Positions 31,948 to 42,577 of a stretch of DNA of 64,000 nucleotides are shown here, one piece after another. Made by a program: the position numbers and the translations under genes. The stretch lies in assembly GCA_965240325.2 (NCBI GenBank), contig OZ251244.1, positions 1,054,001 to 1,118,000 of the forward strand, given 5' to 3'. This stretch comes from Rebecca billardiae RCC1528. Taxonomy: Eukaryota > Protista > Haptophyta. Below the pieces are notes generated by a model. That model saw only the letters and a program-made list of their open reading frames with translations, was not told where the DNA came from and made no database searches. Positions within the stretch are counted from its first letter, which is position 1. Each line of letters starts with the position of its first letter.

Positions 31948-32239
31948 GCGCGGGCCGGCGCTCGATGGCGATCACGTCGGAGCGCATGGGGCAGAGGAAG
32001 CGCTCGTTGAGCTGCTTGCACAGGCGCCGCGCCGCCGCCTTGATGTCGCCAAAGTCGACCACGTACCCGTCGCTCGACACCCCCGCCCAGTCGCCCACCG
32101 CCGCGTGCGAGCGCATCGACACCTGCACCGTGTAGTTGTGGCCGTGCAGCCGCTCGCGGAAGCCGCGGTACGCGACGAAGTGCGCGCAGTGGAACTTGAT
32201 GTCGTCGCGCGAGACGTGCACCTCGAACGTGCCCGCCAT
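31502..32239 (-). CDS. 6-pyruvoyl-tetrahydropterin synthase family protein (T-fold), PTPS-III type
   Basis: FHCAHF, ERLHGHNY (ExxHGH), VVDFGDIK, STAEELA, VSVAEAP. Start chosen at MAGTFEV. Confidence 0.88.
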
Positions 32240-32444
32240 CTCGCGCGTGCGCGCCCGTGGCCGACGACGGCCGAGACGAGGGTCGGCGGGTTGGCCCAGC
32301 GCAGTCGCGACGACTGGACTTTTGGGCGATGGCGGCGCCGGCGCGTGGCCCTGTTGAGCCGGCCTTGCCACGGCCGTCCACGCGCGTGCTGAGGCTGCGC
32401 ATCGGCAAGCGCCCGGCTGATCAACAGCTGCTGCAAAGGCGCGG

Positions 32445-33461
32445 ATGGTCGCGGCGACGGGGCCGCGCGCGGGCGGCGGCGCGGCGCGCGCGCTGCTGCT
32501 CGCCGTACTCGCCGCCGCGCTCGCCGCCGCCGCCGCCGCCTCGCGCGGCGTCGGGCCGCTGCCGCGCGGCGCGGCGCGCGGCGCGCGCGCGGCGCCGCCG
32601 AGCGCGCTGCGCGCCAAGGCGCGCGCGGCCAAGAAGTCGGAGCCGATGGACCCGGACGACTACATGCGCTACCTGCAGTCGGAGGTGGACCGCACCGAGC
32701 TCGACACCTCGCCGCCCGCCGACGTCGACACGTCCGCCGCCGACCGCCGCGCGGGCGACGGCGGCGGCGGCGGCGGCGCCGCCGCCGCCGCCGACGGCTC
32801 GCGCCGCCTCTCCAAGGCGCGCGCCTCGGCGGAGCTGATCGCGGAGGAGTCGTCGAAGGGGTACCTGGACGAGTCGGACGAGATGCGCTGGTACCTCGTG
32901 CAGTGCACCCCGGGCTTCGAGCGCTCCATCGAGCGCTCGTTCGGCGCCAAGGTGCAGTACGCCGGCTATTCGGAGGACATCGCAGAGGCGCGCGTGCCGC
33001 TGCGCCGGACGCTCGTGTTTCAGAAGCGCGCGGGCGGGTACGTGCCGAAGGACGAACCGCTGATGGCGGGGTACGTGATGGTGCGCATGCGCATGCGCCG
33101 CAACCTGTACAACTTCGTCAAGGACTGCGAGTCGGTGCGCCGCCGCGCGCCGCGCGCCGCGCCGCCGCGCCGCCGCGCCGCGCCGCCGCGCCGCCGCCGC
33201 GCCGCCGCCGCGCGCCGCTCACGCGCGCCGGCCGCGGCTCGCGGGTGCGCAGGTGCTCGGCTTCTGCGGGTACGACTTTGGCGCGCGGAACAACGCGGGC
33301 GGGCTCAAGGCGGGCAAGGGCTTCGTCAAGCCCAAGCCGATCTCCGAGGCGGAGGCGGCGCGCATCTGGGCGCAGGCGGCGGTGCAGCCCAAGCCGCCGG
33401 GCGACGCGCCGGTCATCGACCCGGCGGCCGACGCGGCCGCGGCCGCGGCCGCCGCCGCTGC

Positions 33462-33505
<44 letters not shown>

Positions 33506-33870
33506 CCGACGCCGGCGCGGCGGGGGGCGCGTCGTCCGCCGCCGCCGACCCCGCGCCGCCGCCGCGGCCGCTCGCCGTCGAGCTCCACTTTGACGAGGGC
33601 GACCGCGTGCGCGTGCTCAAGGGCCCTTTTAAGAATCTCGAGGGGCCCGTGTTGGCGATGCGCGCGGCGCGCGGCGGCGGCGAGGGCGGCGAGGGCGAGG
33701 GGCGTGCGGAGGGGGCGGGGGATGCGGAGGAGGGGGCGAAGGCGGGCGCGAGGCGGCGCGCCGGCGTCGGCGCGGACGGCGCCATCGAGGTCGACGTCGA
33801 GCTCACGCTGATGGGGCAGCCGACGCGCATCACCGTCGACGCGCGCGCGCTCGCCTCCGTCCTCGAGTAG
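32445..33870 (+). CDS. nusG: NusG transcription elongation factor, probably plastid-targeted; exons 32445-33134 and 33253-33870
   Basis: NGN domain RWYLVQCTPGFE…PLMAGYVMVRM…VKDCES|VLGF…PKPISEAE and KOW domain FDEGDRVRVLKGPFKNLEG…VELTLMGQPT. GT-AG intron 33135-33252. Hydrophobic signal plus Arg/Ala-rich transit-like leader. Confidence 0.9.
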
Positions 33871-35068
33871 CCTCAGCCACGACGACTGCGGCTGCGGCGC
33901 CCGGTGGCCGTGCGCTCGCAGCATGTAGTGACACTACATCATCAGAGAGTCGTCGCCGTCCGTTGAGACTTGAGTAGCATGCACTAGCTAAGCGCCGCCG
34001 TGTACCGGACGTTGGTAACACCGAGTGACAGACTCAGTACGCTGGTCCGATGGTGGCCGCGCGCGCATTAATTACAGACGTACATTAGTAGCAGATACAT
34101 ATTAGCTAGTGACGATCATATGCGCCAGCAGCCGTCACAGTCTGACTCGGTCACGGTCACAGTGCTGAGACTGCGTCACAGCACAGCACGCGGCCGCCGC
34201 CGCCCGCGCGTCGCGGACGACTCGCTCGTGATGTTGAGACGCCACCCCCGCGGCGGTGGCCGTGCGCCTAGCCGCGCCCTCGGGCGCGCCGCCGCCTCGC
34301 GCGGCGGCGCGGGCAGCCGCACGCTCACGCGCGCCGCCTCGGGCCGCGGGCGCCAGCGCGTACGCGTCGAGGGCGAGCACGGCGCGCGCGGCGAGCGAGG
34401 CGGCGCGCCGGCGTCGGCGCGGACGGCGCCATCGAGGTCGACGTCGAGCTCACGCTGATGGGGCAGCCGACGCGCATCACCCGTGGACGCGCGCGCGCTT
34501 GCCTCCGTCGCGATCCTCGAGTAGCCACGCGATAACTGCGACTGCGGGGCTGCAGCGTTGGCCGAGTCAGAGTGCGCTCATCAGCATGTGACACTACATC
34601 ATATATATATATCATCATATATCGTAGTCAGCAGACGATATAGCTAGAGATCGAGTCGTCCCGGACCCGGTCCGCCAGTCCTCAAGTCGTGAGTTGAGAC
34701 GGCGTTTAGACTAGTAGCATGCACTAGCTAAGCGCCGCCGTGTACGTTGACACTGACAGACAGTAGTGGCGGCCGCGCGTGCGCATCATATGCGCAGCAG
34801 CCGTCACAGTCTGACTGTCACGGGCCTCACTAGTACAGTGCTGAGACTGCGTCACAGCACAGCACGCACCGCCGCCGCCCGCGCGTCGCGGACGACTCGC
34901 TCGCGTGATGTTGAGACGCCACCCCCGCGGCGGTGGCCGTGCGCCTAGCCGCCCTCGGGCGCGCCGCCGTCGCGCGGCGGCGCGGGCAGCCGCACGCTCA
35001 CGCGCGCCGCCTCGGGCCGCGGGCGCAGCGCGTACGCGTCGAGGGCGAGCACGGCGCGCGCGGCGAGC
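33750..35068. repeat. ~650-bp tandem duplication of the convergent 3' ends of nusG and the neighbouring gene (units ~33750-34396 and 34397-35068)
   Basis: The nusG tail recurs with frameshifts at 34397-34525. The neighbour's tail (34790-35068) recurs at 34115-34396. agtagcatgcactagctaagcgccgccgtgtac occurs in both units. Confidence 0.85.
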
Positions 35069-36306
35069 GGCGCGGCGAGCGCGCCGCCCGCCAGCTGCCA
35101 CGCGGCGGCGCACGCGAGCGAGGCGGCGAGGGCGCGGGAGGCCTGCGCGGCGGGCGTGCGCGCCGCGGCGGCCTCGGGCGCGCAGAACGCGCCCGCCCAC
35201 GCGCGCGCCAGCGCCTCGAGCGCCGCCGCCGCCTCGGCGGGCTCCGCGCCCGGCGGCGGCGCCATCGCAAAGTAGGCGGCCGCGCCGCGCGCGCCGCGCG
35301 CCGCGGCGCCGCACTCGGCCGGCAGCCCGTCGAGCGGGCCGCGCGCGAGCAGCGCGGCGCGCGCGGCGGCGGGGAGCGCGACGGCGAGCGCGGCGGCGGC
35401 GGGCGCGAGCAGCCCCGCGTACGGCCCCGCCGCGCCGCCGCTCGCCGCGTCGACCGCGCGCCAGCCGAGCGCCGAGTCGGCGAGCGCGCGCACGAGCCAC
35501 GCCTGCGCGCACGCGTGCGCGGCCGTGCTGACGGTGAGCGCCGCCGCCGCCTCGGCGCAGCCCGCGCGGAGGGCCCACGCGCGCGAGTCGGCGCGGACGT
35601 GCGCGGGCGTCGGGATCGCGTGCGACGCCTCCATCCCGTCCGCGAGCACGCGCTCCAGCGCGCCGTCCGGCTCCTCCAGTCCGGGGAGCGCGCCGCGCGC
35701 GGACGCGCGCGGGCCGCACGCGAGCGCGCCCGCGAGCGCGCCGACGCCGAGCGCGGCGGGCGTGCACTGCTCGAGCTGCGCGGCCCAGTCGAGGTGCGCG
35801 GCGGCGGTGAGCGCGAGCAGCGCGCACGCCTGCGCGCACGCCCACGCGAGCGGCGCCGCCGGGTGCGCCGCCGCCTCCTTCAGCCGCATCGCGCGCAGCT
35901 CGGCGCGCTCGTCGACGCCGCCGAGCGCCGCCTCGCGCGCCGCAAACAGCAGCGCCTCGAGGCGCTTGGCGCCGGCGATCGCGGCGGGCGTGGCGACGGG
36001 CTCGCCCGCCTCGTCCACGAACCGCGCGAACCGGTTGCCCGAGCGGCACGCCGCGCGCCGCCGCGCGCGCGCCGCCGCGTCGCCGCGCCCCCAGCGCGCG
36101 CCGTCCCACGCGTAGCCCATCGACTTGAGCATCGCCGCCTGGCGCTCGTCGGGCGTGCTGCGCGGCGGCGGCGGCGGCGTGGCGCCGGCCTGCTTCGCGG
36201 GCTCGGCGGCGCCGCCGCCGCGCCGCGGGGGCGGCGGCTCCGGCCGCCCCGCGGGCGGCGCGAGCGCCAGCGCCGCCGCGGCGAGCAGCGCGGCGAGCGC
36301 GGCCAT
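34945..36306 (-). CDS. Uncharacterised membrane protein with signal peptide, possibly plastid-targeted
   Basis: 453-aa ORF with leader MAALAALLAAAALALAPP, ordered segments (AMLKSMGYAWDG, NRFARFVDE) and several hydrophobic helices. No family recognised. Confidence 0.6.
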   Translation of the reverse strand: MAALAALLAAAALALAPPAGRPEPPPPRRGGGAAEPAKQAGATPPPPPRSTPDERQAAMLKSMGYAWDGARWGRGDAAARARRRAACRSGNRFARFVDEAGEPVATPAAIAGAKRLEALLFAAREAALGGVDERAELRAMRLKEAAAHPAAPLAWACAQACALLALTAAAHLDWAAQLEQCTPAALGVGALAGALACGPRASARGALPGLEEPDGALERVLADGMEASHAIPTPAHVRADSRAWALRAGCAEAAAALTVSTAAHACAQAWLVRALADSALGWRAVDAASGGAAGPYAGLLAPAAAALAVALPAAARAALLARGPLDGLPAECGAAARGARGAAAYFAMAPPPGAEPAEAAAALEALARAWAGAFCAPEAAAARTPAAQASRALAASLACAAAWQLAGGALAAPLAARAVLALDAYALRPRPEAARVSVRLPAPPRDGGAPEGG

Positions 36307-36819
36307 CGCGCGGGGCCGCGCCTTTTACCCGTCCTGTACGTACAGCAATGTATAATCAGTAGTTGATCGATAGTTTTGCCGCGCACTCATATCAACCGCT
36401 TGGTCACTGCAGTTGTCAGCAGTACGCCAGGCTCGGCCGTAGCGGCAGGTCGTCATGCAGAGGTACCGTGTCCTCACTCCGTAGTCATCCACCCGAAGCA
36501 GATCGATAACATGAACAGACCGGCTGTGAGTGTGGCACTCTGACTGGGCACTGGCACCGGGGGCCCGCGTCCGAGTCACGCGCTCGCGGCGCCGACGGTC
36601 CGGGTCCCGACGGCGGGCCCGCGCGCAGTCCGACGGCGGTGCGCCGACAGGACCGGCGCCGTGGCGGCACGGCCATGTGCCGCCCGCTGGGTCCACTCGG
36701 AGCGGCTGGCGCGCCCGCCGCTCCCACTGCGGCTCGCACTGCGCAGCAGTCGGGCGAGCGCTGACCCCGCGGTCTCCGGCGGGGCCTGCCAGCCGCGGCG
36801 CCCGGCGGCGCCCCGGCGC

Positions 36820-38010
36820 TCACGCCGGCTTGGACGCCGCGGCGCGCCAGCTCGCCTCGTCCGGGAAGCCACAGAGCAGGTTCGCCGGCAGCGACGCGTC
36901 GATCTTCTTCGGGTACGGCAGCTTGAGGTTCGTCATGATCTCCTTGAACTGCTCGAGGGTCTTGCCGTCGCCGAGCCGCGGGTTGAGCAGCCGCTCCTCG
37001 CGCACCGACGAGGCCGAGCGCCCCTGGTAGTCGTGCGCGGGGTATACGGCGCACTCGGGCGGCAGCGTGAAGAGCCGGCCGCGCACCGACGCGAAGAGCG
37101 TCTCGGAAGAGCCTTGTTGGAAGTCGGTGCGGCCGCACCCCTTGATCAGCAGCGCGTCGCCGGTGAAGACCATCGAGCGGTCGTCGAGCACGTACGAGAC
37201 GCACCCGTCCGTGTGCCCCGGCGTCGGCAGCACCTCCACCCAGCGCGAGCCGAACGCGATCCGCTCGCCCGCCGTCACGTAGCGGTCGGCCTTGGCGCCG
37301 GCCGCCTGTGAGATCACGGACGTGACGCCGCCGGGCGCCTTCGTCTTGAGCGCGGCGGTGCCGGTGATGTGGTCGGCGTGGCAGTGCGTGTTGAGCGCGG
37401 CGACCAGCTTCAGCCCCTGCCGCCCGTCCGGCGCGACGTAGCTCGCCAGCTCCGCCAGGTCGCGCTCGGCGGTCAGGTCGACCGGGTCGATCAGAATGGC
37501 TTCGCCGCTGCCGCCGTCCGCGAGCAGGTACGTGTACGTGCTCGACTCCTTCTCGAAGAGCTGGCGGAAGACGAGCGGCGCGCGCGGCGGCGAGGCGTGC
37601 GCCGCCACCGCGCCGCGCACCCACTGCTCGCGCTGCGGAGAGTCGTCCGCCACGTCGCCGCCCGCGCGCAGGTGCGCGACGGCGCCGTCCGCGTCGCCGC
37701 CGGCCCGCGCCGCCGCCCACGCGGCGATGACGATGCGCGCGCGGCGGCCCGACTTGCACGCGACGAGCGTGGGGCGCGGCAGCTCGTCCAGCGCGGCGAA
37801 CACCGCGCCGGCGAGCGCGATCGGGTTGTCCTTGAAGTCGGACGCGAGCGGCACCGTCACGGCCTTCACGCCGCCGTCGACGCTCGGCGCGTCCGCCTCC
37901 TTCGCGAGGTAGAGGAAGCCCTTGTGCTGCTTGGCGAGCGCGGCGAGGTCGGCGGAGTCGTACCCCGCGCACGCCATCGAGTGGTCCTTCGGGTCGTACG
38001 AGGCGGGCAT
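36820..38010 (-). CDS. DUF442/Blh-type sulfurtransferase domain fused to an ETHE1-type persulfide dioxygenase
   Basis: N-terminal domain [15 protein letters not shown] (CxxGxR). C-terminal domain [75 protein letters not shown]…PANLLCG. Start at MPASYD; intronless. Confidence 0.92.
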   Translation of the reverse strand: MPASYDPKDHSMACAGYDSADLAALAKQHKGFLYLAKEADAPSVDGGVKAVTVPLASDFKDNPIALAGAVFAALDELPRPTLVACKSGRRARIVIAAWAAARAGGDADGAVAHLRAGGDVADDSPQREQWVRGAVAAHASPPRAPLVFRQLFEKESSTYTYLLADGGSGEAILIDPVDLTAERDLAELASYVAPDGRQGLKLVAALNTHCHADHITGTAALKTKAPGGVTSVISQAAGAKADRYVTAGERIAFGSRWVEVLPTPGHTDGCVSYVLDDRSMVFTGDALLIKGCGRTDFQQGSSETLFASVRGRLFTLPPECAVYPAHDYQGRSASSVREERLLNPRLGDGKTLEQFKEIMTNLKLPYPKKIDASLPANLLCGFPDEASWRAAASKPA

Positions 38011-38376
38011 CGCGTGCGTGTGCGCGTCGAGAGCGGGTGCGGGCGTGGAGTTGGCGCGAGGCGCTTGGGCGGTGGACGACCGGCTTGGGATGTCGGCTGC
38101 GCCCTCGGCGACTGATGGCGGCCCAAGGCGGCCGGACTTGCGCACATTCACCCCCGTCGCCGGGGAATATGGAAGAATATCCGCGCGATATACGCAGATC
38201 GCCATCTCCGAGCCGAGCGAACTTGGCTCGTCTCGGCTCTCGCGCGCGGCCGGACGCTCACCTGCTTGGAGTCTGGAGAGCTTGCAGCTGGACCGCCGGC
38301 CGACGAGCCGCGCGCGCGAGCGAAGCGCGTCGAAGGGGGAGCGAGCGCACGCACCGCACGCGCGCGGCCAGCGCCG
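38011..38376. promoter_or_regulatory. Probable bidirectional promoter between the Blh-like and YeeE/YedE genes
   Basis: 366 bp separate the divergent ATGs. Inferred from geometry only. Confidence 0.55.
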
Positions 38377-39366
38377 ATGCAGATCGTCGACTTCGCGCCC
38401 TTCCACGCCGCGCTCGGCGGCGCGCTCCTCGGCACGGCCACGATCATGCGCATGTGGCTGCACGGCCAGGTGCTCGGCGTGAGCGGCGTGTGCGGCGGCC
38501 TCGCGCGCGGCAGGCTGCTCGAGCTGCCGCGCTGGTCGTTCACCGCCGGGCTGGTCGCGGCGGGCGTCGGCCTCAAGGCGGTGTACCCCACCGCGCTCGG
38601 CGACGCGTCCGTCGCGCCGTGGCGCGAGGCGCTCGGCGGGCTCGCGGTCGGGCTCGGCGCCGCGCTCGGCAACGGCTGCACGAGCGGCCACGGCATCTCG
38701 GGCAACGCGCGGCTCTCGCCGCGCTCGATGGCGTACACGCTCACGTTCATGGGCGCCGGCTTCGTCACCGCCTCGCTCCTCCACTCCGCCGCCGCCATCA
38801 CCGTGCTCCGCGCGCCCGAGCCGCCGGTCGAGAACGTCGTGCAGCTCGCCGCGCAGCTGCTCGTCGCGCACCTCGCCGCGTACGCGTCCGCGGTGGTGCT
38901 CGCGCGCGCGGGCGTGCTGCCCGCGGCGGCGGCGGCGACGGTGACCGCCTTCCTCGACGGCACGCTCTTCGGCTGCGGCCTCGGCCTCTCGGGCATGACC
39001 TCGCCCGCGCGCGTCGCGCAGTTCCTCGACGTGTCCGCGGGCGAGTGGAACCCGACGCTCGCCTTCGTGATGGCGGGCGCGCTCGGGCTCGTGGCGCCGT
39101 TCATGCTGGGGATGGTGATGCCGCGCACGCTCTCGCGCCCGCTGATCGGCGCCAAGTTCGAGCTGCCGACCAACAAGACCATCGACAGGAAGCTGCTCAC
39201 CGGCGGCCTCCTCTTCGGCGCCGGCTGGGGGATCGGCGGCATGTGCCCGGGGCCGGCGCTCGTCGCGCTCGCCAACCCGAGCAGCGCGCCGTTCGTCTGG
39301 GTCGGCGCCATGGTCGCCGGGATCAAGCTCGCGGACGTGCCCGCCGTCGCCAAGTACTTCGGGTGA
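38377..39366 (+). CDS. YeeE/YedE-family sulfur-compound transporter (fused PmpB/PmpA-like halves)
   Basis: [28 protein letters not shown]…[19 protein letters not shown]…FLD…[35 protein letters not shown]. Confidence 0.92.
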   Translation: MQIVDFAPFHAALGGALLGTATIMRMWLHGQVLGVSGVCGGLARGRLLELPRWSFTAGLVAAGVGLKAVYPTALGDASVAPWREALGGLAVGLGAALGNGCTSGHGISGNARLSPRSMAYTLTFMGAGFVTASLLHSAAAITVLRAPEPPVENVVQLAAQLLVAHLAAYASAVVLARAGVLPAAAAATVTAFLDGTLFGCGLGLSGMTSPARVAQFLDVSAGEWNPTLAFVMAGALGLVAPFMLGMVMPRTLSRPLIGAKFELPTNKTIDRKLLTGGLLFGAGWGIGGMCPGPALVALANPSSAPFVWVGAMVAGIKLADVPAVAKYFG

Positions 39367-39900
39367 GGGGGCGGGCGTCGCCGGGCCCGCCGCGCGGCGC
39401 CCGCGCGCGGCGCTGCCACGGCCGCGGGATGCCGGCCGCGGGGCTCATCGCGGGCCGGCGGCGGTCTGACGCGACAGTTACATGTTATTACATACCGGCC
39501 ATGATACGGATCAATCCGGGCACGGACTCAGGCGCCGATATATCGTCACAGTCCTATAGTGTCTGACCGTACTGTATAGTTACTGTCAGGCGCCCGGCCG
39601 TCGGAGTCCTCACGGAATATCAGCATCAGTGACTGAGCATACAGCTGATGATGCATCAGTAAGGAGTTCCGGTCGTCCGGGCCGGCCGGGCGCCAGCAGT
39701 GCGCTAGCCGCCGCCGTCTCACTATCCCGAGACTCCAGCGCGCCGCGCGGCCGCGCGCCCGCCACGCTGAGGTGGGGCGCGGCGGCGCGCGCCGGACGGC
39801 CGTTGCGGGCAGCGCCAGCAGCCCGCGCACCAGGCGCTCATCGCGTCACGGAGAGCCCACGCGACGCCTCAGGCGTGCCTGACATGCAGCCGGCTCAGTC

Positions 39901-41286
39901 TCACGTGAACGTGGGCGGCTCGTCGGCGCGCACCTTGAGCATCGCCTCGCGGAACGCGGGCACGTCGCCCATCGCGTCCTTGCCGATCGCGAACAGGCCC
40001 TGCACGCACGAGTACTCCTTGATGATGTCGGCGGCGTCGACCATGAACTTCTCGCCCTTGATGTACGACTTCTTGTCCTTTGCGTTCGAGAGCGTCAGCT
40101 GCGCCGCGCCGGGCACAAAGTCGAGGTTGGACTGCGCCTTGAGGTGCGTGTACGGCACCAGCGACTCGTCCTCGAGGAACGGGACCAGCTTCGACATCGT
40201 GCCGCCGAACGCCTCGAGGACCGCGGTGGGCGCGCTCGTGTCCCACTTGGCCATGCCGCCCGTGTCGCGGATGTACGCGCCGCCCTTGCCCTCGAGCAGC
40301 ATCATCGCGCGGTTGCCCGACGCGACCGACGGGATGCGCTCCATGCCGCACGCCTCGATCAGCGACTTGATGAACGGCGAGACCGCGGCGTCGGTGATGA
40401 GCATGCCCTTCGGGTGGTGCGGCTCGGCCATGTCGAGCTCGCCCGCCGCGTACTCCTCCGACTTGGCGCCCGCCGCCCACGTGCACGGCTCGGTGAGCGG
40501 CCGGTACATCACGCCGGCGACCGGCTTGCCGAGCGGGTCGTTGTAGCCCATCAGCATCGTCACGTACTCACCCTGCGCGGTCGCGAACTCGCGCGTGCCG
40601 TCGATGGGGTCGAGGAAGACGGTGAGGTCCTGGTACGCCTTCTTGTCGATGCGCGTGGACAGCTGGTCGATCTTGATCGTCGCCGCGTCGATCGCCGCGA
40701 CGAACTCGTCGGGCACCTCGAGGTCGTCGACCGTGTAGGGCTTGCTCTTGATCTGCACGTGCGACTCGTCCTCCTCGCCGACGATCTGCGCGAACTTGTC
40801 GCCGGCGAAGAGGTGCTCGATGAACAGGTGCTGCACCACGCCGTCCGCGATCGTGAAGAAGGTCGCGTCCGACTTGAGCTTGGAGACGCCGCCGTGCCTG
40901 TCCTCCGAGATCTTCTCGTAGAACGCCTGCAGCATCGGCGTCACCGCGTCGCACGCGGCCTTGCTGATCTCGCACAGGTCGGTGAGCGGCGTGGAGGAGA
41001 CGCCGTAGTCGGTGGTCGTGATCGCCGTCTTGCTCAGCGTCTCGAGCAGCCCCTGGATGATCGCGTCCTTGCGCATCAGCTCGTTCTTGAGCTTGTGCAC
41101 CTCGTCCGACAGGTCCTCGACCGTGTTCATCGAGACGGCGCTCGACGCGCGCGCGAGCCGGCTCGACGGGCGAGCGAGCGCGCCCGACGCGCGCGAGAGG
41201 CGGGCGACGGACGGCGAGCCGGGCGCGCGGAGCGCCGAGGCGGCCGCCAAGGCCGCCAAGCCGAGCGCAATGATCGCGGCCTTCAT
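39901..41286 (-). CDS. 3'(2'),5'-bisphosphate nucleotidase (BPNT1/CysQ-like; IMPase superfamily), bipartite presequence
   Basis: TIADGVVQ, IVGEE, FLDPIDGTREF, VTMLMG, KWDTSAP…GG. The KWDTxAP motif is typical of the BPNT1 clade. Leader MKAAIIALGLAALAAASAL followed by a Ser/Arg-rich segment. Confidence 0.85.
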   Translation of the reverse strand: MKAAIIALGLAALAAASALRAPGSPSVARLSRASGALARPSSRLARASSAVSMNTVEDLSDEVHKLKNELMRKDAIIQGLLETLSKTAITTTDYGVSSTPLTDLCEISKAACDAVTPMLQAFYEKISEDRHGGVSKLKSDATFFTIADGVVQHLFIEHLFAGDKFAQIVGEEDESHVQIKSKPYTVDDLEVPDEFVAAIDAATIKIDQLSTRIDKKAYQDLTVFLDPIDGTREFATAQGEYVTMLMGYNDPLGKPVAGVMYRPLTEPCTWAAGAKSEEYAAGELDMAEPHHPKGMLITDAAVSPFIKSLIEACGMERIPSVASGNRAMMLLEGKGGAYIRDTGGMAKWDTSAPTAVLEAFGGTMSKLVPFLEDESLVPYTHLKAQSNLDFVPGAAQLTLSNAKDKKSYIKGEKFMVDAADIIKEYSCVQGLFAIGKDAMGDVPAFREAMLKVRADEPPTFT

Positions 41287-41547
41287 CGCGCCGATCGGCG
41301 ACCGCGAAAAGACGGAGCGTCAGAGCGCGACGTTTCGTCCCGACGACGATCGGGCCGAGTTTACTCAGCGAGAAGATTTTCCGAACACGCCCTTAATTGA
41401 AAGCAATCTTCATAGGAGCAGCCATCATGAGCGAATCGCCTGCATATTGAAGTTAGTTACAAACTTCGCTCTCGGGAAGCCCCAGCCCGGGTAGATACGG
41501 TTTTCGATCATGCAATTAAAGTAGACGCGAAGAACGCCTCACGCAAG

Positions 41548-42171
41548 ATGGCGCGTCGTACGCTGGCGTGCCTCGCGCTGATGACCGTCGGCGCGAGCGC
41601 GTGGGCGGTCCAGCCGCCTGCGAGCAGGTTGGGCCGGTCGGCGAGCCCACCGCGCGGCGCATCGAGCGTCCGCATGGAGCTCGTGACGGTCTACGAGGAG
41701 CTCGTCGTCAAGACCGTTCCGCACATCTCGATCGTCGACATCTCGCAGGACGTCGCGGCCGTCGTCGCAAAGAGCGGCTGCCTCGAGGGGACGGTGACGG
41801 TGATGAGCAAGCACACGACGTGCGGGCTCTTCATGCAGGAGTACGAGCCGCGCCTCGTCGACGACCTCCGCCAGTTCCTCCTCAAGCTCGCCCCCATCGA
41901 GTTCCCGTGGCTCCACAACGACCTGCCGTTCCGCGTGGGCCCGCCCGACTGGCCGGGCGGCGACGAGGCGTGGCGCGAGTTCCGCGCGTCCGAGCCGGTG
42001 AACGCGCACTCGCACGTGATCGCCGCGATGCTCGGCACCTCCGAGTCCATCCCCATCACCAAGGGCAAGATGGTCAACGGCGCGTACCAGAACGTGCTCT
42101 TCGCCGAGCTCGACGGCTCGTGGAAGGGCAAGGAGCGCAAGGTGTCCGTGCAGGTCACCGGCTCCAAGTAG
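41548..42171 (+). CDS. YjbQ/UPF0047 family protein, probably plastid-targeted
   Basis: IVDISQDV, KHTTCGL, E-P-x-L-x-x-D-L, HND, NAHSH, GAYQNVLFAELDG…RKVSVQ. Signal peptide ends in ASAW (ASAF-like). Confidence 0.9.
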   Translation: MARRTLACLALMTVGASAWAVQPPASRLGRSASPPRGASSVRMELVTVYEELVVKTVPHISIVDISQDVAAVVAKSGCLEGTVTVMSKHTTCGLFMQEYEPRLVDDLRQFLLKLAPIEFPWLHNDLPFRVGPPDWPGGDEAWREFRASEPVNAHSHVIAAMLGTSESIPITKGKMVNGAYQNVLFAELDGSWKGKERKVSVQVTGSK

Positions 42172-42577
42172 TAGGCGAGTAGTAGCAGGTGCGCGTGGGA
42201 GTCAGGGGAGCGCTGCTGGCGCGAGCTGCCCGCGCGTCGACGGATCGCCGCCGGGCGGGCGGCGCGGGCGTTGACCCCGGCGCCCGGTGGCGGTCAGCTC
42301 CGCCCTCGGCCCTCCGCGCCGACCGACCGGCGCGGTCGCGGCTCATAAGCCGCGGAGCCTACTGCCAGCTCTAATTCGCCCGGCTCTAAGTAGCTCTGAC
42401 TTCTAAGAGTTCTAAGAGTCTTCGTATCGCGCTGTCGTGCTATAAGCTCGGCCAAGTAATAATGATGCTGAGACTACTACGTACGCGATATATCATCGTC
42501 CCGATTATAACCGCCATCCGGCCCCGGGCGGCCCTGCGCGTCCGTCAAGACATCATCACACTGCAGTATGGGCCAAT

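Noticed and set aside
38011-38871. N-terminal extension of the 683-aa dioxygenase ORF
   Set aside because: It is antisense to the YeeE gene; homology-like sequence begins at MPASYD (38010).
36820-42171. Bacterial contamination as the source of the bacterial-type genes
   Set aside because: Composition resembles the flanking intron-containing genes, eukaryotic targeting leaders are present, and the layout is divergent rather than operonic.
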